Origin: an uncultured Bacilli bacterium
GTDB lineage: Bacteria; Bacillota_I; Bacilli_A; RF39; UBA660
NCBI GenBank assembly: GCA_934149465.1
Contig: CAKPEZ010000002.1
Span: 88,758 to 152,757, forward strand
DNA length: 64,000 bases
Direction: 5' to 3'
Part shown: in pieces, positions 18,738 to 28,594 of the stretch
Layout of the letters: the number at the start of each line of letters is the position of its first letter
How positions within the stretch are numbered: the stretch's first letter is position 1
The notes under the pieces: generated by a model
Told to the model about the DNA's origin: nothing
What the model saw: only the letters and a program-made list of their open reading frames with translations
Databases searched by the model: none
Position numbers and translations under genes: made by a program

Positions 18738-20810
18738 ATGAAAAAAATAAGTGAATTTATTTGTAAAAAGAAATATCTTATTCTAATATTAACTATCTTA
18801 TTAACAGTTATTTCTTTAGTTGGAATACATGCAACTAAGATAAACTATGATATTTTAGTATATTTACCAGAAGATATTGAAACTATGAAAGGTCAAAAGA
18901 TATTAACTGAGGACTTTGAGATGGGAGCGTTTTCTATTACTGTAGTAGAGAATATGCCTTCTAAAGATCTTTTAAAATTAGAAGATCAAATTAGAAACAT
19001 AGATGGCGTTTTGATGGTAGAAAGTGCATCTGATTTAGTTGGTACTACTATTCCTCTTGAAATGCTACCAAGTGAGATAGTATCAAAAGTTCATAAAGAT
19101 AATACCGACTTATTACTTATAACTTTTAAAGATGGAACTTCTTCAGAAACAACAACTAATGCTGTTTCAAAGATTAGAGAAATTACTTCATCTAATGTTA
19201 AAGTAGGCGGTATGAGTGCGATGGTACTTGATACAAGAGAATTATCTGATCAAGAAATAACTATTTATATTTTGATCGCAGTAGGACTATGTGCAATTAT
19301 TTTGATGATATCCTTAGATTCTTATTTTGTACCAGTATTATTACTTGGTAATATTGGAATTGCCATCTTATTTAATATGGGAAGTAATGTCTTTTTAGGA
19401 GAAATATCTTATATTACTAAGGCAATAAGTGCAGTACTTCAGCTTGGAGTAACTACCGACTTTTCTATCTTCTTATATCATCGTTATGAAGAATTAAAGA
19501 AAGAATCTAAGAATAGAGAAGATGCTATGAGTAAGGCAATAATGGATACATTTACTTCGGTAATTGGAAGTTCATTTACTACTATTGCTGGATTCTTAGC
19601 ACTTTGTGCGATGAATTTAACTTTAGGAAAAGATATTGGTTTAGTAATGGCTAAAGGAGTATTATGTGGAGTTATTTGCGTTCTTACCGTTTTTCCTGCT
19701 TTACTATTAGTATTTGATAATATTGTAGAGAAGACTTCACATAAAATAATCCTTCCTAAATTTGAAGGATTAAAAGACTTTATAATTAAGAACTACAAAG
19801 TAATATTTATAATCTTTATTATTTTGATATTACCTGCTTACTTAGGAAATAAACATACAGAAAGTTATTATAACTTAGATAAAAGTCTTCCTGATACATT
19901 AGATAGTAGCGTTGCTAATAAGATATTAAAAGAAGATTTTGGAATAGTTTCTCCAGAGATAATCTTAATAGATAAAGATTTAAGTTCTTCTAAAATAAGT
20001 GCTATGTGTGATGAGATAATTGATGTAGAAGGAATAGACTTTGTATTAAATATAGATAAATTAAATGAATACGGAATTACTAAGAATATGCTTAGTGATG
20101 ATCTTTTAAAAAAGGTAGAAAGTGATAAATATCAAATGATTTTAATAAACTCTAGTTATGATATTGCAACTGATGAATTAAATAATCAAGTAACTACTGT
20201 TAATGAAATTATTAAGAAATATGATTCAAATGCTATTTTAGCAGGAGAAGGTCCTCTTATGAAAGATTTAGTTGAAATTAGTAATCAGGACTTTATTAAT
20301 GTTAATTATAGCTCTATAATTATTATCTTTATAATTATGCTTATTATATTAAAATCACTATCATTACCAGTTATCTTGGTAAGTACTGTAGAATTTGCAA
20401 TTATGCTTAATATGGCTATTCCATATTATATGGGAGTAAAACTTCCATTTATAGCATCCATTGTAATTGGAACAATTCAGCTTGGAGCAACAATAGACTA
20501 TGCTATTTTAATGACTACTAAATACCTAGAAGCAAGAAAGAAGATGGATAAAAAATCTTCAGTTAAGTATGCTTTAGATGGATCAGTTTCATCTATTATA
20601 GTAAGTGCTTTATGTTTCTTTGGAGCAACTTTTGGAGTAGGTATTTATTCTAAACTAGAAATGATTAGCTCATTATGCATCCTTATCGCAAGAGGAGCAA
20701 TTATTAGTATGATAGTAGTTATATTTGTCTTACCAGCATTACTTATAATATTTGATAAATTAATTTGTAAGACAACACTTGGAATGAAAGGAAGGAAAAA
20801 ATATGAATAA
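18738..20810 (+). CDS. MMPL/RND-superfamily membrane transporter
   Basis: 690 aa, two 6-TM bundles each preceded by a large extracytoplasmic loop. Divergent TetR regulator. Confidence 0.75.
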   Translation: MKKISEFICKKKYLILILTILLTVISLVGIHATKINYDILVYLPEDIETMKGQKILTEDFEMGAFSITVVENMPSKDLLKLEDQIRNIDGVLMVESASDLVGTTIPLEMLPSEIVSKVHKDNTDLLLITFKDGTSSETTTNAVSKIREITSSNVKVGGMSAMVLDTRELSDQEITIYILIAVGLCAIILMISLDSYFVPVLLLGNIGIAILFNMGSNVFLGEISYITKAISAVLQLGVTTDFSIFLYHRYEELKKESKNREDAMSKAIMDTFTSVIGSSFTTIAGFLALCAMNLTLGKDIGLVMAKGVLCGVICVLTVFPALLLVFDNIVEKTSHKIILPKFEGLKDFIIKNYKVIFIIFIILILPAYLGNKHTESYYNLDKSLPDTLDSSVANKILKEDFGIVSPEIILIDKDLSSSKISAMCDEIIDVEGIDFVLNIDKLNEYGITKNMLSDDLLKKVESDKYQMILINSSYDIATDELNNQVTTVNEIIKKYDSNAILAGEGPLMKDLVEISNQDFINVNYSSIIIIFIIMLIILKSLSLPVILVSTVEFAIMLNMAIPYYMGVKLPFIASIVIGTIQLGATIDYAILMTTKYLEARKKMDKKSSVKYALDGSVSSIIVSALCFFGATFGVGIYSKLEMISSLCILIARGAIISMIVVIFVLPALLIIFDKLICKTTLGMKGRKKYE

Positions 20811-22503
20811 AAAATTTACTAAAGTAGTAAGTGCTACTTTAATTATTAGTATGTTATTTACTAATGTAATGCCAGTATATGCTTTAACTAAAGATGAAAC
20901 TATCTATAGTAAATTAAATACAAATGGTACTGTAAAAAGTACTCTAGTAAATGAACATCTAACAAGAAGTGATAATGAAGAAATGGAAGATGTTACTATC
21001 TTAAAAGATATTTTAAATATTAATGGAGATGAAACTTATCAAGAAAAAGATGGTAAAATAGTTTGGAAAACTAATGAAAAAGATCTATTTTATCAAGGAA
21101 CTACTGATAAAGCTTTACCTATTAGCGCAAGTATTACTTATAAATTGGATGGAGAAGAAATTTCTTTAAATAAATTACTTGGTCAAAAAGGACACGTTGA
21201 AATTATTTTAAATTATCAAAATAATCTTGTTAATGAAACTTACGTTGGTAATAAAAAAGAAACTTTATATACTCCATTTGTAGTAACAATGGGATTAATC
21301 CTTAATAATAAAGAAAATAAAAATATTAGTATTTCTAATGGTAAAATAGTTAACCTAGGAAATAAGAATATCTTAGTTGGTATTGCTACTCCAGGAATGT
21401 ATGATAATTTAAAAATAAAAGAATTTAAGAATTTAGATAGCATTACTATTAGTTATGATACAACCAATTTTAGCTTACCATCTATCTATAATGTTGCTAC
21501 TAATAAAATAGTAGAAGATGATGATTTAGAAATATTTAATAAATTAGATAATTTATATAGTAGTTATCAATTATTATCTTCTAAAGTAGATGAATTAGAA
21601 GAAGGCGCTAATACTCTTTATGAAGGGATGGAATCTTTAAATGATGGTATCTTATCTTTAGATAGTGGATTAACTTCTCTTTATGATGGAATAACTTTAA
21701 TTCAAAGTAAATTAGAAGATTCTCTTGCTAAGTATGCTGATATGTCTATTTCTGATGAAATGATTTCTTCTGTCAAAGAAGAAGCTACTAAAGAAGCAGT
21801 TTTAGCAATTGAAAGTAAAAAAGAAGATTTATTAAAGCAAGCTAAAAATAAAGTAGATGCTAAATTTACTTCTTATTATAAAGATATAATTGGTAATCAA
21901 GCAGTAAGTAATATTGAGAAAATGTATGGACCTTTAGATGATACTACTAAAGCTCTTATATATAATACAGCAGTTAATACATCATATACTGTAGCATTAG
22001 AAACAGCTAAAGAAACCACTTATGAAACTGCTATTCAAATAGCAAAAATACTTGCACCTAATATAGCAGAAAACATTTTAAAAGAAACAACAACAACTAT
22101 TATGAAAGAAACAACATCTTCTTTAAAAGAACTTACAGAAGCAATAAATTACCTAGAAACTGGTGTAACTAAATTACAAGATGGTTCTAGTAAATTAGTA
22201 TTAGGAAGTTCTAATATATTAGAAGGTAACAAATCTCTAAGTGAAGGAATTCATACATTTAATGAACAAGGAATAAAAAAACTTAATAGTTATTTTGATT
22301 ATGAACTTATAAATAAAGTAAAAAAATTATCTATTCTTTCTAAAGAATATCAGACATTAGATTCTAAGGATGATAGTGCTAATGGTAAGAGTAAACTTAT
22401 TATGGTAATAGATAGTGTAGAAAAGAAAAGTACTCCGCAAAAAGAAAATACTAAGAAAGTAAAAACATCTTTTTGGGATAGAATAGTAAACTTATTTAAA
22501 TAA
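20803..22503 (+). CDS. Secreted coiled-coil protein with YhgE/Pip-like repeat region
   Basis: Signal peptide VMPVYA-LTKDE. Repeated L-x2-G heptad-like motifs LEEGANTLYEGMESLNDGILSLDSGLTSLYDGI typical of the YhgE/Pip soluble domain. Overlaps the MMPL stop by 8 nt. Confidence 0.45.
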   Translation: MNKKFTKVVSATLIISMLFTNVMPVYALTKDETIYSKLNTNGTVKSTLVNEHLTRSDNEEMEDVTILKDILNINGDETYQEKDGKIVWKTNEKDLFYQGTTDKALPISASITYKLDGEEISLNKLLGQKGHVEIILNYQNNLVNETYVGNKKETLYTPFVVTMGLILNNKENKNISISNGKIVNLGNKNILVGIATPGMYDNLKIKEFKNLDSITISYDTTNFSLPSIYNVATNKIVEDDDLEIFNKLDNLYSSYQLLSSKVDELEEGANTLYEGMESLNDGILSLDSGLTSLYDGITLIQSKLEDSLAKYADMSISDEMISSVKEEATKEAVLAIESKKEDLLKQAKNKVDAKFTSYYKDIIGNQAVSNIEKMYGPLDDTTKALIYNTAVNTSYTVALETAKETTYETAIQIAKILAPNIAENILKETTTTIMKETTSSLKELTEAINYLETGVTKLQDGSSKLVLGSSNILEGNKSLSEGIHTFNEQGIKKLNSYFDYELINKVKKLSILSKEYQTLDSKDDSANGKSKLIMVIDSVEKKSTPQKENTKKVKTSFWDRIVNLFK

Positions 22504-22508
22504 TTAAG

Positions 22509-22535
22509 AACTTCGTTATATAGCGAAGTTTTTTT
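22509..22535 (+). terminator. Rho-independent terminator
   Basis: AACTTCG-N8-CGAAGTT followed by T7. Confidence 0.6.
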
Positions 22536-22636
22536 ATCTTTGACATAATATTTAAGTAATTTTGTATAATTAAGTAAAGAAGTGCTTTTGATTACTAGTA
22601 CTTCATGATATAATTAAATAAAGAGAAGGTGGTTTT

Positions 22637-23722
22637 TTGAGAGTAATTATTAGTGCTGGCGGAACTGGAGGACATATTATTCCAGCAATAGCAATTATGA
22701 ATAAAATAAAAGAAAAAGAACCAGATAGTGAGTTTTTATATATTGGAACTCATAATAGAATGGAAAAAGACTTAATTCCTGAAATGGGAATTAGATATGA
22801 AGCTATTACAATAAATGGACTTAGAAGGAAAATAAGCTTAGATAATATTAAAAATATTGGTAATTATCTAAAGGCTTTAAAAAAGTGTAAAAAAATTATA
22901 TCTGAATTTAAACCAGACGTTGTAGTAGGAGCAGGTGGATATGTAACTGCCCCAGTTATTTATACTGCAAAAAAACTAGGATATAAAACTTTTATTCATG
23001 AACAAAACAGTGTTGTTGGTTTATCAAATAAATATTTAAGTAGATATGCAGATAAAGTAGGAGTGTCTTTTGAAAGTACTATGAAAGACTTTGATTCTAA
23101 AAAAGTTGTTCTAACAGGAAATCCTAGTAGTGAAAAAGCTTTATTAGCAAAGAAAGCAACTAAAGAAGAGTACAAGTTAAGTAAAAATAAAAAATTAGTT
23201 TTAATTGTAATGGGAAGCTTAGGTAGTAGCACTGTTAATAATAAAATAGTAAATATGCTTGATGATTTTAAAGATAAAAATTATGAAGTTGTATTTGTAA
23301 CTGGTAATTCTTATTATAATAAAGTTAAAGATTTAAAAGTTCCCTCTAATGTTAAAGTAGTTCCTTTTATATATGAAATGCCTTCATTAATGAAAATAAC
23401 TGATTTAATGATTACTAGAGCAGGAGCTTCAACAATGAGTGAAATTATGGCAATTGGACTTCCTTCAATATTTATACCAAGTCCTTACGTTGCTAATAAT
23501 CATCAATATAAAAACGCTATGGATTTAGTAAAAAGAAAAGCTGGATTAATACTAGAAGAAAAAGATCTAACTAAAGAAAAATTACTACAAATGATTGATG
23601 ATTTACTTAATAACCCTAAAGAATATCAAATGATAAAAAGTAACTTAGTAGCGCTAGGAATTTCTGATAGTGCTGAAAAAATATACAATGTATTAAGAAA
23701 GCTCGTGGATAATGATGGATGA
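22637..23722 (+). CDS. murG: UDP-GlcNAc:lipid I N-acetylglucosaminyltransferase MurG (TTG start)
   Basis: GGTGGHIIPA N-terminal motif. GT28 architecture. 361 aa. Confidence 0.9.
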   Translation: MRVIISAGGTGGHIIPAIAIMNKIKEKEPDSEFLYIGTHNRMEKDLIPEMGIRYEAITINGLRRKISLDNIKNIGNYLKALKKCKKIISEFKPDVVVGAGGYVTAPVIYTAKKLGYKTFIHEQNSVVGLSNKYLSRYADKVGVSFESTMKDFDSKKVVLTGNPSSEKALLAKKATKEEYKLSKNKKLVLIVMGSLGSSTVNNKIVNMLDDFKDKNYEVVFVTGNSYYNKVKDLKVPSNVKVVPFIYEMPSLMKITDLMITRAGASTMSEIMAIGLPSIFIPSPYVANNHQYKNAMDLVKRKAGLILEEKDLTKEKLLQMIDDLLNNPKEYQMIKSNLVALGISDSAEKIYNVLRKLVDNDG

Positions 23723-24614
23723 TTTTGGAAAATATGTAAAAAAAAATAAATTAGGAAAATTATTAGAAGAATTTAGTTTAAAAGGATATAATACTTATAA
23801 TGTTAATGGTAAAGCTCGTTATATTGTATATCCTAATGATGTAGAAGGATTAAAAGGAATAGTTCGTTATTTAAAAGAAAATAATTTAAAATATCAAGTT
23901 TTAGGATATGGAAGTAACGTAATTTTTTATAATAAATATTATGATGGTGTAATTATTAAATTAGATTTATTTAATAACTTAGAAATAAAGAATAATAAAG
24001 TAATAGTAGGAAGTGGTTATTCTCTTATTAAAGTAGCATTAAAGACTGCTAAATTAGGATTAACAGGATTAGAATTTGCTTCTGGAATACCTGGTAGTGT
24101 TGGTGGAGCTGTAGTAATGAATGCAGGAGCATATAAATCAGATATGGGATATGTCGTTCAAAAGGTAAAAGTCTTAACTCCTGATCTTGAAGTAAAAACT
24201 TTATATAATAAGGATTTAAACTATCATTATCGTACATCTTTTTTAAAAGAAAATAAAGATTATATTGTATTAGAAGCAACTCTTTCTTTAAAACATGGGA
24301 AAAAAGAGGCGATAATGGATTTAATTAAGACAAGAAAAGAAAAAAGATTTGCATCTCAGCCACTAGAATATCCGTCAGCAGGAAGTGTTTTTAGAAATCC
24401 TAAAGATATGTATGCAGGAGAATTAATTGAAAAAAGTAATCTAAAAAAGACTAATATAAATGGGGCAGAGGTTTCAGAAAAACATGCTAATTTTATTATT
24501 AATAAAGGTAAATGCTCTGGTAAAGATATAGCTGATTTAATTGAATTAGTTCAAAAAAAAGTAAAAGAAGATCATGGTGTTGATCTAATCTTAGAACAAG
24601 AAATTATAAAATAG
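23712..24614 (+). CDS. murB: UDP-N-acetylenolpyruvoylglucosamine reductase MurB
   Basis: FAD-binding N-terminal domain (VLGYGSNVIF). 300 aa. Overlaps the murG stop. Confidence 0.85.
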   Translation: MMDDFGKYVKKNKLGKLLEEFSLKGYNTYNVNGKARYIVYPNDVEGLKGIVRYLKENNLKYQVLGYGSNVIFYNKYYDGVIIKLDLFNNLEIKNNKVIVGSGYSLIKVALKTAKLGLTGLEFASGIPGSVGGAVVMNAGAYKSDMGYVVQKVKVLTPDLEVKTLYNKDLNYHYRTSFLKENKDYIVLEATLSLKHGKKEAIMDLIKTRKEKRFASQPLEYPSAGSVFRNPKDMYAGELIEKSNLKKTNINGAEVSEKHANFIINKGKCSGKDIADLIELVQKKVKEDHGVDLILEQEIIK

Positions 24615-24626
24615 GAGGAACATATT

Positions 24627-25328
24627 ATGGATGATACTAAAAAGAAGATTAAGATTAAAGTGAAAAAGAAAAAAATAAATTTAAAAAAGATCTTAGTCTT
24701 ATTATTAGGATTATATCTATTATACTTTTTAGTATCATCTATTTTAAAAATGCCAATTAAAAATATCTACGTAACTGGTAATAATTATTTATCTGATAAA
24801 GAAGTATTAGAACTTGCTGGTATTAAAGATTATCCATCTTACTTTCTTACTACTAAAAGAAAAATGACTAAAGAATTACTAAAAAATAAATATATAAAAG
24901 AAGTAAAGATAGAAAAAAAATTCTTTTGGAAAGTATATCTAAATATTTCAGAATACAAAGTTCTAGCTTTAGATAAAGTAACTGGTAAAATAATCTTAGA
25001 AAACGGTAAAAAAGAAGAAAACACTTATAATATTAGAGATATTCCTATTCTTTTAAATGAAATTGATGAAAAAGAATATACTAAATTTATTAAAGCATTT
25101 AGTAAAGTAGATAGTGATATATTAAATCAAATATCAGAAATAGAGTATGCTCCTTCTAACGTTGATAACAAGCGTTTTATTTTATATATGAATGATACTA
25201 ATTATGTATATATATCTTTGGATAAAATAGATAAACTAAATGAATATAATAAAATAAAAAATGATTTAGAAGGAAAAAAAGGTATTCTTTATCTAGATTC
25301 AGGAAATTATTTTGAAATTAGAAAATAA
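24627..25328 (+). CDS. ftsQ: Cell-division protein FtsQ/DivIB (single TM + POTRA)
   Basis: Basic N-terminus, one TM helix, POTRA-like IKNIYVTGNNYLSDKEVLELAGI. Sits directly after murB. Confidence 0.6.
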   Translation: MDDTKKKIKIKVKKKKINLKKILVLLLGLYLLYFLVSSILKMPIKNIYVTGNNYLSDKEVLELAGIKDYPSYFLTTKRKMTKELLKNKYIKEVKIEKKFFWKVYLNISEYKVLALDKVTGKIILENGKKEENTYNIRDIPILLNEIDEKEYTKFIKAFSKVDSDILNQISEIEYAPSNVDNKRFILYMNDTNYVYISLDKIDKLNEYNKIKNDLEGKKGILYLDSGNYFEIRK

Positions 25329-25379
25329 AAATTGTTATATTTTAAAAGTTATATTATAATATTAAGAAGAGGTAAAAAA

Positions 25380-26111
25380 ATGAATAACGATGAATTAAAA
25401 ATTCCCAATCATTTAGCGATTATTATGGATGGCAATGGTAGATGGGCGAAAGAAAGAGGCTTATCTAGAAGTATGGGTCATTTAGAAGGAAGTAAAACAT
25501 TAGAAAAAATTGCTCTTTACGCCTTTGAAAGAGGAGTTAAGATATTAAGTGTTTTTGCTTTTTCAACAGAGAATTTTAAAAGAAGTAAAGAAGAAGTAGA
25601 TTATTTAATGAATTTATTTGTTCAAATGTTTGATTTAAAAAAGAATGTCTTTAATGCTAAAGATATTAAAGTAGTTTTTTCTAAAAAAGAATGTGGATTA
25701 CCAGATGCTGTTGAAAAGAAAATAATATCTTTAACAGAAAAAACTAAAAATAACAAGTCAGGAATACTTAATATCTGTATTAATTATGGTGGACAAGATG
25801 AAATAGTTGATACAAGTAAAAAATTAATTAAGCTAGTTAATGAGAAAAAGCTAAATATTGATGATATTACTAAAGAAGTATTTACTAAAAACTTGTATCA
25901 AGATTTAGAGCCAATAGACTTACTTATTAGAACAAGCGGGGAACAGCGTATTAGTAATTTTATGCTATGGCAAATGGCTTATTCAGAGCTATATTTTACA
26001 AAAACATATTTTCCTTCATTTAATGAAAATGATTTAGAAGAAGCTTTTTTAGCGTATAATAAAAGAGAAAGAAGATTTGGTGGGATAAAAGATGAAAAAA
26101 AGAATAATTAG
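25380..26111 (+). CDS. uppS: Undecaprenyl-diphosphate synthase UppS
   Basis: HLAIIMDGNGRWA motif. Start moved to the ATG at 25380, which has a better RBS than the 25332 ORF start. Confidence 0.9.
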   Translation: MNNDELKIPNHLAIIMDGNGRWAKERGLSRSMGHLEGSKTLEKIALYAFERGVKILSVFAFSTENFKRSKEEVDYLMNLFVQMFDLKKNVFNAKDIKVVFSKKECGLPDAVEKKIISLTEKTKNNKSGILNICINYGGQDEIVDTSKKLIKLVNEKKLNIDDITKEVFTKNLYQDLEPIDLLIRTSGEQRISNFMLWQMAYSELYFTKTYFPSFNENDLEEAFLAYNKRERRFGGIKDEKKNN

Positions 26112-26871
26112 TGCAGTTATAATATTAATAGTAACAATTAGCTCTTTACTTGTTTCTAAAGATGTTTTTGGAATATATCTTTTTATTAGTGCTATTTTAG
26201 CTATGAAAGAAGTACTTGCTACAAGAGAAAGTAAGAAAAAATTAGAATTTATTAGTTTTATTAGTTATGTGATAACTAGTCTATTAGTAACTAATAAGTG
26301 GCTTTTTAATTTTAATCTAGTATCTTTAATAATTCTAGATTTAATCTTATTTTTTACTCCAATTATTTTTTATAATAATGATGAAAAATATAATATTATG
26401 GATGCTTGCTATTTAATTGGAATGACTTTATTAATAGGAATATCTTTAAATGGATTATTATTATTTAGAATTGAGAATATTTTCTTAGCGCTTCTTGTAT
26501 ATGTAGTTTGTTATATAACAGATACTTATGCTTATATTGGAGGAAGCTTAATAGGAAAGCATAAACTTACTAGTATTTCTCCAAAGAAAACTTGGGAAGG
26601 AAGTATAATTGCAACAGTAGTTGGTTCTTTCATAACAACCTTATACTTACTTGCTTTCTTAAAACAAAGTAATATATTACTTTGCATAATAATTAGTATT
26701 TTCTTAACGATAGTATGTCAATTTGGAGATCTAATTTTCAGTAGTATAAAAAGACATTTTAAAATTAAAGATTTTTCTAATTTAATACCTGGACATGGTG
26801 GTATGTTAGATCGGCTTGATAGTATTATTTTTGTTTCATTAATGCTAATAATACTTAGTAGTTTAATATAA
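26092..26871 (+). CDS. cdsA: Phosphatidate cytidylyltransferase CdsA
   Basis: KTWEGSIIATVVGS signature. Polytopic protein. Confidence 0.85.
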   Translation: MKKRIISAVIILIVTISSLLVSKDVFGIYLFISAILAMKEVLATRESKKKLEFISFISYVITSLLVTNKWLFNFNLVSLIILDLILFFTPIIFYNNDEKYNIMDACYLIGMTLLIGISLNGLLLFRIENIFLALLVYVVCYITDTYAYIGGSLIGKHKLTSISPKKTWEGSIIATVVGSFITTLYLLAFLKQSNILLCIIISIFLTIVCQFGDLIFSSIKRHFKIKDFSNLIPGHGGMLDRLDSIIFVSLMLIILSSLI

Positions 26872-26882
26872 GGGAGGTAATT

Positions 26883-27926
26883 ATGACACTAATATATTTT
26901 ATTTTAATTCTAGGAGCAACAATATTTGTTCATGAATTTGGGCACTTTCTATTTGCTAAATTAGCAAATATTTATGTTTATGAATTTTCAATAGGAATGG
27001 GTAAAAAGATTTTTTCTTTTAAAAGTAAGAAAGGAGAAACTGAATATAATATTCGTCTTATTCCATTAGGAGGATTTGTTCGCTTGGCTGGAGAAGATGT
27101 TTCTGATGGTGATACCATTTCTAAAGATCGTCTTCTTGGTAATAAAGGATTTTGGCAAAGATTTTTTACAATGTTCGCAGGAGCAGGATTTAATTTTCTT
27201 TTCGCTTTTATTGTTTTATTTATGACTGCTTTGATATGGGGAAGTACTAGCAATAAACCTATTTTAGGAAATGTTCCTAATGATTATCCAGCATATCAAG
27301 CAGGACTTCGTGAAGGAGATAAAATTATCTATGTTAATGATAAGAAAATTAAAACTTGGGATGATGTTACTTGGGAATTATCTTTAAATAATGGGAAAAG
27401 CATGGAATTTGTTGTAACCGATCAAAATAATAAAGAAAAAAAAGTAACAGTAAAACCTTTGGAAGAAAAGGATGAAAATGGGGAAATAACTTATAAATAT
27501 GGAGTAGGTTTAAAAACAGTTAAACTAACTGGTATTGCTAATTCATTTAATTACGCAGTAGTTAAAAGTGGATCTTTATTCAAAATGATGTTTAAAACAT
27601 TAGGAAGTTTATTTACTGGTGGTGTTAGCGTTAATGATTTATCTGGTCCAGTTGGAATTTATAGTGTTGTTGATTCCCAAGCTAAAGCAGGAATAGCAAG
27701 TTTATTATATTTAGTAGCGTTCTTAAGTATTAACGTTGGAGTAATTAATTTAATTCCATTCCCAGCATTTGATGGTGGTAGAATATTGTTCTTATTTATT
27801 GAAAAAATTAAAGGAAGTCCAGTTGATCCTAAAGTAGAAAATATGATTCATAATATTGGTTTCTTCTTACTACTTGGATTAATGATTTACGTTACATTTA
27901 ATGATATAATTAAACTATTTAGATAA
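26883..27926 (+). CDS. rseP: RIP site-2 zinc metalloprotease RseP/RasP
   Basis: HEFGHF zinc motif in TM1, internal PDZ domain, C-terminal LDGG region. Confidence 0.85.
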   Translation: MTLIYFILILGATIFVHEFGHFLFAKLANIYVYEFSIGMGKKIFSFKSKKGETEYNIRLIPLGGFVRLAGEDVSDGDTISKDRLLGNKGFWQRFFTMFAGAGFNFLFAFIVLFMTALIWGSTSNKPILGNVPNDYPAYQAGLREGDKIIYVNDKKIKTWDDVTWELSLNNGKSMEFVVTDQNNKEKKVTVKPLEEKDENGEITYKYGVGLKTVKLTGIANSFNYAVVKSGSLFKMMFKTLGSLFTGGVSVNDLSGPVGIYSVVDSQAKAGIASLLYLVAFLSINVGVINLIPFPAFDGGRILFLFIEKIKGSPVDPKVENMIHNIGFFLLLGLMIYVTFNDIIKLFR

Positions 27927-27935
27927 AAGATATCA

Positions 27936-27961
27936 AAAAGTCTATTAATTAGACTTTTTTC
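27936..27961 (+). terminator. Rho-independent terminator
   Basis: AAAAGTCT-ATTAATT-AGACTTTT followed by TT. Confidence 0.6.
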
Positions 27962-27999
27962 TTATTTAATGATAGTATTATAGTAAGGAAGTGATTTTA

Positions 28000-28536
28000 A
28001 TGAATGTAGAATATGAATGTACTTGCTTAGAGATTAATAAAGAAGAACTTATTAAGAAGCTAGAAGAAATGGGTGCTAAAAGGGAAGGAGATTTCTTTCA
28101 AAAAAGATATGTTTATGATTTTAATCCTAAAATTCCTAATAAATGGATTAGACTTAGAACTAATGGAGTAAAATCTACTTTGACTATTAAGAATGTTCTT
28201 GATAAGAATTCTATTGGAGGAACATTAGAACTAGAAATAGAAGTATCAGATTTTGAAAAGACTAATCTTATTTTAGAAGAACTAGGATATCATCATAGAA
28301 ATTATCAAGAAAATAAAAGAACTACTTATAGTTTAGATGGAGTAAATTTTGATATAGATTCTTGGCCTTTTATTCCTACTTATGTTGAGATAGAAGGATA
28401 TAATGAAGAAATAGTTAAAGAAATGATTACTAGATTAAATCTTGATAATGAGAAAATTACTAATTATGATGTTACTAGTATTTATGAAGAAATTTATAAT
28501 ATAGATGTTCTTTCTATAAAAGATTTATATTTTTAG
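28000..28536 (+). CDS. CYTH-domain protein, second paralog
   Basis: YVYDF, WIRLR, LTIK, LELEIEV, and C-terminal FDIDSWPFIPTYVEIEG CYTH signature. The ATG at 28000 fits the AAGGAAG RBS better than the GTG at 27991. Confidence 0.65.
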   Translation: MNVEYECTCLEINKEELIKKLEEMGAKREGDFFQKRYVYDFNPKIPNKWIRLRTNGVKSTLTIKNVLDKNSIGGTLELEIEVSDFEKTNLILEELGYHHRNYQENKRTTYSLDGVNFDIDSWPFIPTYVEIEGYNEEIVKEMITRLNLDNEKITNYDVTSIYEEIYNIDVLSIKDLYF

Positions 28537-28594
28537 GAGAACTTGACTTCTAAAAAATAAAATATTATCATATAACGTAAAAGAAAGACGTGAT

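Noticed and set aside
20803-22503. Methyl-accepting chemotaxis protein or flagellar interpretation of the coiled-coil secreted protein
   Set aside because: No HAMP or MCP signalling motif. The repeats match the YhgE/Pip style instead, and the gene is coupled to an MMPL gene.
25332-25379. Longer uppS ORF starting at 25332
   Set aside because: The ATG at 25380 is preceded by a better RBS (AAGAAGAGGTAAAAAA), and the conserved UppS N-terminus begins there.
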